In this document: positions 1-6,174 of the stretch, in pieces
Layout: every line of letters starts with the position of its first letter
How positions within the stretch are numbered: the stretch's first letter is position 1
Source: a virus
Lineage: Duplodnaviria; Heunggongvirae; Uroviricota; Caudoviricetes
Reading direction: 5' to 3' (one strand)
Virus record (IMG/VR): IMGVR_UViG_2534682338_000001
Coordinates: 1-6,966 of that record
DNA: 6,966 nucleotides
Position numbers and translations under genes: made by a program
The notes under the pieces: generated by a model
What the model saw: the letters and a program-made list of their open reading frames with translations, nothing else
Told to the model about the DNA's origin: nothing
Databases searched by the model: none

Positions 1-260
1 TGCGCACACCAGTCGGCTCACGGGTGATGCGTCGTGATTACGGCTCGTTGCTGGCGTCAATGATTGACCAGCCGCAGACCCCGGCGCTTGAGTTGCAGAT
101 TAAGGTCGCCTGTTACATGGCGGTGCTGAAATGGGAACCCCGCGTCACCCTGTCATCCGTCACCACTGAGCGCAGTTTTGACGGGCGAATGACGGTCACG
201 TTAACCGGCCAGCACAACGACACCGGCCAGCCACTTTCGTTAACCATCCCTGTGAGTTGA
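1..260 (+). CDS. W: Baseplate assembly protein W (P2 gpW family), 3' portion; the 5' end lies upstream of the window
   Basis: The frame is open from nt 3 with no upstream stop, so the GTG at 24 in the ORF track is probably internal. Translation (..YGSLLASMIDQPQTPALELQIKVACYMAVLKWEPRVTLSSVTTERSFDGRMTVTLTGQHNDTGQPLSLTIPVS) is recognisable as the C-terminus of P2 gpW. Stop at 258-260 lies 4 nt before the J start; high GC; synteny W-J-I-H-G. Confidence 0.8.
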   Translation, partial: RTPVGSRVMRRDYGSLLASMIDQPQTPALELQIKVACYMAVLKWEPRVTLSSVTTERSFDGRMTVTLTGQHNDTGQPLSLTIPVS

Positions 261-264
261 AACC

Positions 265-1173
265 ATGCCGATTATCGACCTGAACCAGCTACCCGCACCG
301 GATGTGGTCGAGGAGCTGGACTTTGAAACCATTCTTGCCGAACGCAAGGCGACACTGATTTCCCTTTACCCGGAAGACCAGCAGGAGGCGGTCGCCCGTA
401 CCCTGACGCTGGAATCCGATCCTCTCGTCAAACTGCTGGAGGAAAATGCGTATCGCGAGCTTATCTGGCGTCAGCGTGTGAATGAGGCTGCACGGGCGGT
501 GATGCTGGCCTGTGCAGTCGGTAATGACCTTGATGTGATTGGTGCCAATTACAACACCACGCGCCTGACTATCACCCCGGCAGATGATTCGACTATCCCG
601 CCGACACCGGCAGTGATGGAGTCTGACACCGATTATCGTCTGCGTATTCAGCAGGCGTTTGAAGGCTTAAGCGTCGCCGGGTCGGTGGGAGCCTATCAGT
701 ATCATGGTCGCAGTGCCGACGGGCGTGTCGCGGATATCTCTGTCACCAGTCCGTCTCCGGCCTGTGTCACCATCTCTGTGCTGTCACGTGAAAATAACGG
801 TGTGGCATCTGAAGACCTGCTGGCTGTGGTGCGCAACGCCCTGAATGGCGAGGACGTCAGACCGGTGGCCGACCGTGTGACCGTGCAGTCTGCCGCCATC
901 GTTGAATACCAGATAAATGCCACGCTTTACCTTTACCCTGGCCCCGAAAGCGAACCCATTCGCGCTGCCGCCGTGAAAAAACTGGAAGCGTACATCACGG
1001 CACAGCACCGGCTGGGGCGCGACATCCGTCTGTCTGCCATTTATGCCGCCTTGCATGTGGAAGGCGTGCAGCGTGTCGAACTGGCTGCACCACTGGCCGA
1101 CATCGTGCTCAACAGTACGCAGGCGTCTTTCTGCACCGAATACCGCGTCGTGACCGGAGGCTCGGATGAGTGA
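265..1173 (+). CDS. J: Baseplate assembly protein J (P2 gpJ family, baseplate wedge)
   Basis: 302-aa ORF, the length I recall for P2 gpJ; N-terminus MPIIDLNQLPAPDVVEELDFETILAERKA.. is recognisable as gpJ; tight spacing after W and an 8-nt overlap with I (ATGAGTGA), typical of coupled P2 late genes. Confidence 0.9.
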   Translation: MPIIDLNQLPAPDVVEELDFETILAERKATLISLYPEDQQEAVARTLTLESDPLVKLLEENAYRELIWRQRVNEAARAVMLACAVGNDLDVIGANYNTTRLTITPADDSTIPPTPAVMESDTDYRLRIQQAFEGLSVAGSVGAYQYHGRSADGRVADISVTSPSPACVTISVLSRENNGVASEDLLAVVRNALNGEDVRPVADRVTVQSAAIVEYQINATLYLYPGPESEPIRAAAVKKLEAYITAQHRLGRDIRLSAIYAALHVEGVQRVELAAPLADIVLNSTQASFCTEYRVVTGGSDE

Positions 1174-1696
1174 TTCGCGCCTGCTGCCGACCGGCTCATC
1201 ACCGCTTGAAGTCGCTGCCGCGAAAGCCTGTGCGGAAATTGAAAAAACGCCGGTCAGTATTCGTGAGCTGTGGAACCCGGACACCTGCTCGGCAAATCTG
1301 CTGCCGTGGCTGGCGTGGGCGTTTTCGGTCGACAGGTGGGATGAAAAGTGGCCGGAAGCGACAAAACGCGCCGTTATCCGCGATGCCTATTTCATCCACT
1401 GTCATAAGGGCACGATAGGTGCAATCCGACGTGTGGTGGAGCCGCTCGGCTATCTCATCAACGTGACGGAGTGGTGGGAAAACAGTGACCCGCCCGGCAC
1501 CTTCCGGCTCGATATTGGTGTACTGGAAAGCGGTATCACAGAGGCAATGTATCAGGAAATGGAACGGCTGATTGCTGATGCCAAACCTGCAAGCCGTCAC
1601 CTTATTGGTCTGAACATTACCCGGGACATTCCCGGCTACCTGTTCGCCGGTGGTGTGGCTTACGACGGCGATGTAATTACGGTTTACCCCGGATAA
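1166..1696 (+). CDS. I: Baseplate/tail protein I (P2 gpI family)
   Basis: 176-aa ORF matching the length I recall for P2 gpI; start overlaps the J stop; followed 10 nt later by H with a GAGG Shine-Dalgarno at about 1697-1700. Confidence 0.88.
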   Translation: MSDSRLLPTGSSPLEVAAAKACAEIEKTPVSIRELWNPDTCSANLLPWLAWAFSVDRWDEKWPEATKRAVIRDAYFIHCHKGTIGAIRRVVEPLGYLINVTEWWENSDPPGTFRLDIGVLESGITEAMYQEMERLIADAKPASRHLIGLNITRDIPGYLFAGGVAYDGDVITVYPG

Positions 1697-1706
1697 GTGA
1701 GGAATA

Positions 1707-3893
1707 ATGAGCACAAAATTTAAAACCGTTATCACCACTGCCGGTGCAGCAAAGCTGGCAGCGGCAACCGCACCGGGAGGGCGGAAGGTCAACATTACCA
1801 CGATGGCCGTCGGGGATGGCGGTGGTAAATTGCCTGTCCCGGATGCCGGGCAGACCGGGCTTATCCACGAAGTCTGGCGACATGCGCTGAACAAAATCAG
1901 TCAGGACAAACGAAACAGTAATTATATTATCGCAGAGCTGGTTATTCCGCCGGAGGTGGGCGGTTTCTGGATGCGTGAGCTTGGCCTGTACGATGATGCG
2001 GGAACGCTAATTGCCGTGGCAAACATGGCCGAAAGTTATAAACCAGCTCTTGCCGAAGGCTCAGGGCGTTCGCAGACCTGTCGCATGGTCATCATCGTCA
2101 GCAGTGTGGCCTCAGTGGAGCTGACCATTGACACCACAACGGTGATGGCGACGCAGGATTACGTTGATGACAAAATTGCAGAGCACGAACAGTCACGACG
2201 TCACCCGGACGCTTCGCTGACCGCAAAAGGTTTTACTCAGTTAAGCAGTGCGACCAACAGCACGTCTGAAACACTGGCCGCAACGCCGAAAGCGGTAAAG
2301 GCCGCGTATGACCTTGCTAACGGGAAATATACCGCACAGGACGCCACCACAGCGCGAAAAGGCCTTGTTCAGCTGAGTAGCGCCATCAACAGCGATTCTG
2401 AAACGCTTGCGGCAACGCCAAAGGCGGTTAAGACAGCGTATGACCTTGCTAACAGGAAATACACTGCACAGGATGCCACCACAGCGCGAAAAGGTCTTGT
2501 CCAGCTAAGTAGCGCCACCAACAGTGATTCTGAAACGCTGGCCGCAACATCAAAAGCGGTGAAGTCTGCCTATGACAATGCTGAAAAACGTCTTCAGAAA
2601 GATCAGAATGGTGCGGATATTCCGGGAAAGGATACCTTCACGAAAAATATCGGTGCCTGTCGTGCTTATAGCGGCGCTTTGAGCACTGAAGCCGGAAACT
2701 GGACAACCGCTCAGTTTATTGAATGGCTGGATTCCCGTGGTGCATTTAATCATCCGTACTGGATGTGCAAAGGCTCCTGGTCATATGCAAATAACAAAAT
2801 CATTACGGATACCGGATGTGGTGATATCCACCTGGCTGGTTGTGTCGTCGAGGTCATGGGAACTAAATCTGCAATCACTATCCGAGTGACCACACCGACA
2901 ACATCAAGCGGTGGCGGTACAACCAGCGCACAATTCACTTACATTAATCATGGGGACGGCTACTCCCCCGGCTGGCGTCGTGACTGGAATCGTCAGGGCG
3001 ACGCAATGACCGGAACGATTAATCAGGACGGTGGAAGCCAGAATGCCTATATGTCTACGGCCTTATGTTCAGGCACAAGAGGCGGCAAAAAATATCTCAG
3101 AAAGTTTCGTGGTGGAGAAGGAGACACTATCTGGCATGAAACAGTACAGGGCGGGGTAGTTCGTTGGGCGACTGGTAATACTGATGCTCAGGAAGAATTA
3201 TCACTCAGCTCCGCTTATGGTCTCCGTTCAAGAGGTGAGATTACATCACTCAGTGCTAATGGTCTGCGCATTGCTTATGGCAATTATGGTTTCTTTATCA
3301 GGAATGATGGCAGCAGCACTTATTTTATGTTGACTAAATCAGGTGACAGATTAGGAACTTATAATAATTTAAGACCGCTGATTATAAATGATGCCACTGG
3401 TGCTGTATCAATGGGGCATGGCCTGAATGTTACTGGTGATATTGTCTCAAGTACCAAAGTACGTGCCGGTAGCGGGAAAAAATTCACGGTCAGCAGCAGT
3501 AATACATCCACGAAGGAAGCCGCATTCAATTTGTGGGGAAACTCAAGTCGTCCGGTGGTGGCTGAATTAGGTGATGATGCAGGCTGGCATTTTTACAGTC
3601 AGAGAAATACAGATAACAGCATCACTTTTGCTGTTAACGGGCAGGTATCACCATCTAACTATGGCAACTTTGATTCACGCTATGTCCGGGATATCCGGCT
3701 TGGTGGTGCTGCCACATACAAACCTGCGAACAATGGCATGACATGGACACATCAGGCACCGTCCGGGTGTGTATATTCCGGCATTATTGTTCAGGATACC
3801 GGCTCAAACTCTGCCGATAACATTGGTGGCATATATTACAGACCGGTGCAGAAATACATTAACGGGACATGGTATAACGTAGCGCAGGTATAA
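1707..3893 (+). CDS. H: Tail fibre protein H (P2 gpH family): conserved high-GC N-terminal baseplate-attachment part, internal tandem repeats, divergent low-GC C-terminal receptor-binding part
   Basis: 728-aa ORF with N-terminus MSTKFKTVITTAGAAKLAAATAPGGRKVNITTMAVGDGGGKLPVPDAG.. typical of P2-like gpH; SD GAGG upstream; the SETLAATPKAVKxAYD motif recurs as in many tail fibres; sample-line GC drops from about 68% (line 1741) to about 40% (lines 3301, 3361). Confidence 0.9.
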   Translation: MSTKFKTVITTAGAAKLAAATAPGGRKVNITTMAVGDGGGKLPVPDAGQTGLIHEVWRHALNKISQDKRNSNYIIAELVIPPEVGGFWMRELGLYDDAGTLIAVANMAESYKPALAEGSGRSQTCRMVIIVSSVASVELTIDTTTVMATQDYVDDKIAEHEQSRRHPDASLTAKGFTQLSSATNSTSETLAATPKAVKAAYDLANGKYTAQDATTARKGLVQLSSAINSDSETLAATPKAVKTAYDLANRKYTAQDATTARKGLVQLSSATNSDSETLAATSKAVKSAYDNAEKRLQKDQNGADIPGKDTFTKNIGACRAYSGALSTEAGNWTTAQFIEWLDSRGAFNHPYWMCKGSWSYANNKIITDTGCGDIHLAGCVVEVMGTKSAITIRVTTPTTSSGGGTTSAQFTYINHGDGYSPGWRRDWNRQGDAMTGTINQDGGSQNAYMSTALCSGTRGGKKYLRKFRGGEGDTIWHETVQGGVVRWATGNTDAQEELSLSSAYGLRSRGEITSLSANGLRIAYGNYGFFIRNDGSSTYFMLTKSGDRLGTYNNLRPLIINDATGAVSMGHGLNVTGDIVSSTKVRAGSGKKFTVSSSNTSTKEAAFNLWGNSSRPVVAELGDDAGWHFYSQRNTDNSITFAVNGQVSPSNYGNFDSRYVRDIRLGGAATYKPANNGMTWTHQAPSGCVYSGIIVQDTGSNSADNIGGIYYRPVQKYINGTWYNVAQV
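2220..2580 (+). repeat. About 2.6 copies of a diverged 132-bp (44-codon) in-frame tandem repeat inside H
   Basis: Unit starts (CAG Gln codons) at 2238, 2370 and 2502, exactly 132 nt apart. Encoded units: QLSSATNSTSETLAATPKAVKAAYDLANGKYTAQDATTARKGLV / QLSSAINSDSETLAATPKAVKTAYDLANRKYTAQDATTARKGLV / QLSSATNSDSETLAATSKAVKSAYDNAEKR.. (third partial). Nucleotide identity between units is roughly 80-85% by eye. Confidence 0.8.
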
Positions 3894-3896
3894 TTT

Positions 3897-4424
3897 ATGC
3901 AGCATTTGATAAATATAATGGCGGGTAATCCAAAAACAGTTGAACAATATCAATTGACAAAGGGCTTTGATGTTGTCTGGTTTTTTACAGAAGATGGTAA
4001 GAACTGGTACGAAGAACAAAAGTATTTTGCTGATGACACGATAAAAATAGCGTACGACAAAGATAATATCATCCGCTATGTGGAAAAGGATGTGACAGCT
4101 ATCAGACCGGATGGATTAAGTGTGGTTGAAGTGGCGGATATTACTGCTAACCGACGGGCGGATATTTCAGGGGGCTGGATGTTTAAGGACGGCAAAGTGA
4201 TTAAACGCATTTATACGGCGGAGGAATTACAGCAGCAGGCAGAAATTCGGAAAGCCAGACTTCTTGCAGATGCTGAATCCGTGATTTTGCCGCTGGAGCG
4301 CGCGGTCAGACTGAACATGGCAACAGAGGAGGAGCGCACACGGCTGGAGGCTTGGGAACGCTACAGCGTTCTGGTCAGTCGTGTGGATCCTGCAAATCCT
4401 GAATGGCCGGAAATGCCGCAATAA
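3897..4424 (+). CDS. G: Tail fibre assembly chaperone G (P2 gpG / Tfa family)
   Basis: 175-aa ORF starting 3 nt after the H stop, matching the P2 gpG length; C-terminus ..[43 protein letters not shown] is recognisable as gpG. The N-terminal third is low GC (about 32% on line 3901) and the C-terminal part high GC (about 57% on line 4261), suggesting mosaic exchange together with the H distal domain. Confidence 0.88.
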   Translation: MQHLINIMAGNPKTVEQYQLTKGFDVVWFFTEDGKNWYEEQKYFADDTIKIAYDKDNIIRYVEKDVTAIRPDGLSVVEVADITANRRADISGGWMFKDGKVIKRIYTAEELQQQAEIRKARLLADAESVILPLERAVRLNMATEEERTRLEAWERYSVLVSRVDPANPEWPEMPQ

Positions 4425-4485
4425 GTTGTATGAACTCTGGTGTGAGCTTACACATCTATGGCACAGAGTAAAGCCTAATCTGACA

Positions 4486-4513
4486 GTCCGCTCTGTGCCA
4501 GAAGCGGACTTTA
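4486..4513 (+). terminator. Candidate weak intrinsic terminator downstream of G
   Basis: 6-bp stem GTCCGC (4486-4491) / GCGGAC (4504-4509) with a 12-nt loop, followed by TTT. It overlaps a second inverted repeat, GGCACAGAG (4460-4468) / CTCTGTGCC (4491-4499). The T-tract is short, so terminator function is uncertain. Confidence 0.3.
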
Positions 4514-4551
4514 GCAGAGTAGAGATTATCAATAGTGCAAAAAATAACTGG

Positions 4552-4590
4552 TTGAAACATTTGTACGTAAATGTTAGTTGTATTTAGATA
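4552..4590 (+). promoter_or_regulatory. Candidate sigma70-type promoter for the cargo gene
   Basis: TTGAAA at 4552-4557 is a good -35 hexamer, followed by AT-rich sequence with only poor -10 candidates (for example TAGATA at about 4585-4590). Position is about 40-80 nt upstream of the cargo start. Not verified. Confidence 0.25.
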
Positions 4591-4618
4591 AGGTCGTAGG
4601 ATATTTTATTCACATAAA

Positions 4619-5101
4619 ATGGAGTTTAATATGGAAGACTCTTGTAAGAAAAAAATAATGGTTGTTGTTGGAGCTGGCGCTTCGGTTGAATTAGGTATGC
4701 CAAGTGTCAGTGAGATAGATAAGCTGTTTTCGTTATGGGCGAAAGATGGTTACACTTTAGCTAGTGATAAAGATAAAAGTTTGTATTGCTACATTAAGGA
4801 GGAGGTTAATCGTCATTATGGATTGAATCCAAAAAAAGAATTAAGAAAAGAAACTAATTTTGAAGAGTTATTATATGTAATCCTTAATTTATCAGCAGCC
4901 TTGGGGGATAATAACTACAATTTTCCAATGAATGCATTCTGGGGAATAAGGGAACTTCCAAAAATAATTGGAGTTAATGGTGAGAAGTCGGTTGATGGAA
5001 ATGATTTAAGGCACCTTTACTCAAGGTTGAATGATAAACTAATTGGGGAATTTAGAGAGCGTTGTAAAATCGTTAAGGAGGAAAAAAAGAGGAGTTTTTA
5101 G
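4619..5101 (+). CDS. SIR2-like NAD-binding protein, N-terminal fragment (Rossmann GAGAS..GMP motif) of a frame-disrupted single gene; likely true start is the ATG at 4631
   Basis: Translation ..KKKIMVVVGAGASVELGMPSVSEIDKLF.. carries the hydrophobic-GAGxS-x3-GxP signature of the sirtuin/DHS-like NAD-binding fold. GGAG at 4621-4624 sits 6 nt before the ATG at 4631, while the ATG at 4619 has no SD. GC is about 28-38% on sample lines. The ORF ends at TAG 5099-5101 immediately after an A7 tract (5082-5088), while the SIR2 domain continues in frame +1. Confidence 0.7.
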   Translation: MEFNMEDSCKKKIMVVVGAGASVELGMPSVSEIDKLFSLWAKDGYTLASDKDKSLYCYIKEEVNRHYGLNPKKELRKETNFEELLYVILNLSAALGDNNYNFPMNAFWGIRELPKIIGVNGEKSVDGNDLRHLYSRLNDKLIGEFRERCKIVKEEKKRSF

Positions 5102-5886
5102 TTTTTGAAAAATTTATTAACCAACTTAATAATGACTATGACGTTGCTTTTATTACATTAAATTATGACAATCTTATAACTCAAGCTTGTCCAACTCTTT
5201 TTACTGGCTTTAGCAAAAGTACTGGCTTATTTGAAGAGGCAAGTGTTTATGCACAGTCTAAGTGGGGTTTAATTTATCATCTGCATGGTTCAGTTCACTT
5301 TGATATGCAAGGAACCCACTCAGATATGCATGCTGTCAAATGGAATAATGACTTACACTCTGAATTCAATCAGAATGCTTTTGGTAGAAACTCACAAAAT
5401 ACCTCTGAAGGTATAAGCATACCAACCTCGGCAATTGTCGCTGGTTACGCCAAAACCAGTCAGATTCAGCGGGTACCATTCCGTACTTATTACTCGAAGA
5501 TAGATGAGATTGCTTATAAAGCAGATGCTTATTTGTTTTTAGGGTATGGGTTCAATGATCCTCATCTAAATAACTCCCTGCATTCAATAAGAGATGGTAA
5601 ACATAATAAACCAGTCGTTATTATAGACTGGGCATCAGACACCCAAGACCCGATGCGGTTTAGACACGATGAGTGGTCTATAAATCTATGTAAGACTGTT
5701 CGTTCTAATGCTAATGAAATGGCAACGAGAAATTATAAGCACTCGGCTCCAGAAATAAGTAAATTAAAATCCACAGGAGCATTTGAAGTATCTTGCAATC
5801 CAGATTACCCATTATCAATTTGGTATGGTGGTTTTATACAAGCCTGCTCAAATTTTGATAAAATAAAATATGAATTAGGCATGTAA
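5077..5886 (+). CDS. SIR2-like protein, C-terminal part (catalytic Asn and His motifs plus GYGFND motif), reading frame open from 5077; same gene as 4619-5101, separated by a frameshift
   Basis: The frame of ORF 5305-5886 is open back to 5077 (stop TAA at 5074-5076) and reads GGKKEEFLVFEKFINQLNNDYDVAFITLNYDNLITQACPTLFTGFSKSTGLFEEASVYAQSKWGLIYHLHGSVHFDMQGTH.. The Asn codon in TLNYD is at 5161-5163 and the His codon in HLHG at 5284-5286, 41 residues apart, matching the roughly 38-40 residue Asn-to-His spacing I recall for defence SIR2 domains (ThsA, DSR2). ..AYLFLGYGFNDPHL.. at about 5540-5565 resembles the distal SIR2-like motif. There is no ATG between 5077 and 5305, so this segment cannot be translated alone. 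Confidence 0.7.
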   Translation, partial: GGKKEEFLVFEKFINQLNNDYDVAFITLNYDNLITQACPTLFTGFSKSTGLFEEASVYAQSKWGLIYHLHGSVHFDMQGTHSDMHAVKWNNDLHSEFNQNAFGRNSQNTSEGISIPTSAIVAGYAKTSQIQRVPFRTYYSKIDEIAYKADAYLFLGYGFNDPHLNNSLHSIRDGKHNKPVVIIDWASDTQDPMRFRHDEWSINLCKTVRSNANEMATRNYKHSAPEISKLKSTGAFEVSCNPDYPLSIWYGGFIQACSNFDKIKYELGM

Positions 5887-5940
5887 GCAATAAATTAGTT
5901 TATGTTAGTTAAGAGTAGCCTGGGGATGTCTGGCCTAGTC

Positions 5941-5968
5941 AAAAGCGGATTTTGTCATGTCCGCTTTT
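5941..5968. terminator. Perfect 9-bp inverted repeat hairpin (AAAAGCGGA / TCCGCTTTT, 10-nt loop); possible weak bidirectional terminator after the cargo gene
   Basis: AAAAGCGGA at 5941-5949 pairs perfectly with TCCGCTTTT at 5960-5968. The A/T-run symmetry would give a U-tract on either strand; the GC core is only 4 bp, so strength is doubtful. Confidence 0.35.
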
Positions 5969-6051
5969 CGCTCAAAGCAGACTGTCAGAATTGATAGCGT
6001 TTGGGCTATGTAAATTGTCAGTCGGAAAATGAGTGAGTACAAATCAGGACA

Positions 6052-6078
6052 GGCGGGCGAATTGCCCGCCTTTTCTTT
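6052..6078 (+). terminator. Rho-independent terminator separating the cargo unit from the sheath promoter
   Basis: GGCGGGC (6052-6058), loop GAATT, GCCCGCC (6064-6070), followed by TTTTCTTT (6071-6078): a GC-rich 7-bp stem plus T-tract. Confidence 0.7.
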
Positions 6079-6094
6079 ATCTGTTGTTTCATCC

Positions 6095-6165
6095 ACTGAC
6101 CAGCCAGGTCAAATAGCGTCTCAGGCACGGCCCAATAGAAAATAGTTGCACCCATTAACCACGGA
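6095..6165 (+). promoter_or_regulatory. Candidate P2-type activator-dependent late promoter (PF-like) plus SD for FI
   Basis: Dyad TGACC-AGCCA-GGTCA at 6097-6111, resembling the partial-dyad element (TGT-N12-ACA class) that lies about 55 nt upstream of P2 late promoter starts; AT-rich possible -10 around 6136-6146 (AATAGAAAATA); GGAG at 6162-6165 sits 9 nt before the ATG at 6175. Assignment is from recalled P2 promoter architecture. Confidence 0.4.
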
Positions 6166-6174
6166 GTTAAACGG

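Noticed and set aside
702-1894. Antisense and alternative-frame ORFs inside J, I and the start of H (702-923 -, 784-1284 -, 1199-1894 -, 1677-1883 -, 1170-1418 +)
   Set aside because: They lie entirely within well-supported, high-GC phage structural genes. Their translations are Arg/Pro/Ala/Cys-rich, as expected for shadow frames of GC-rich coding sequence, and they have no SD or independent context.
2550-4019. Minus-strand ORFs 2550-2753, 2750-2938 and 3804-4019 inside H and at the H/G junction
   Set aside because: Shadow ORFs overlapping the tail fibre gene on the opposite strand; no ribosome-binding sites and no recognisable motifs.
2580-4424. Mu/P1-style invertible host-range segment (G segment with Gin/Cin-type recombinase)
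   Set aside because: No long inverted repeats flank the H distal region and G, there is no oppositely oriented alternative fibre gene pair, and no recombinase gene is in the window. The GC shift is better explained by mosaic replacement.
4227-4587. ORFs 4227-4532 (-) and 4381-4587 (+) around the 3' end of G
   Set aside because: Both overlap the conserved C-terminus of G and run through the hairpin region. The + ORF starts at GTG without an SD and its translation is low-complexity, so I do not consider either a credible partner gene for the SIR2-like protein.
5077-5101. Programmed translational frameshift, as in P2 E/E' or lambda G/GT
   Set aside because: The known P2 frameshift site is in the tail chaperone genes downstream of FII, not here. 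There is no slippery heptamer with a downstream stimulatory structure, and the required shift direction and A7 tract fit a simple indel better.
4619-5886. Reading the cargo as a two-gene system (ORF 4619-5101 plus ORF 5305-5886)
   Set aside because: The sirtuin-type motifs are spread across both ORFs and the 200-nt gap between them, and the gap segment with the catalytic Asn and His has no start codon. The simplest reading is one gene with a frameshift, not two genes.
5887-5990. Possible small ORF (about 30 aa, ATG near 5902) in the spacer after the cargo gene
   Set aside because: No Shine-Dalgarno sequence, it runs through the hairpin at 5941-5968, and it is indistinguishable from a chance ORF in AT-rich DNA.
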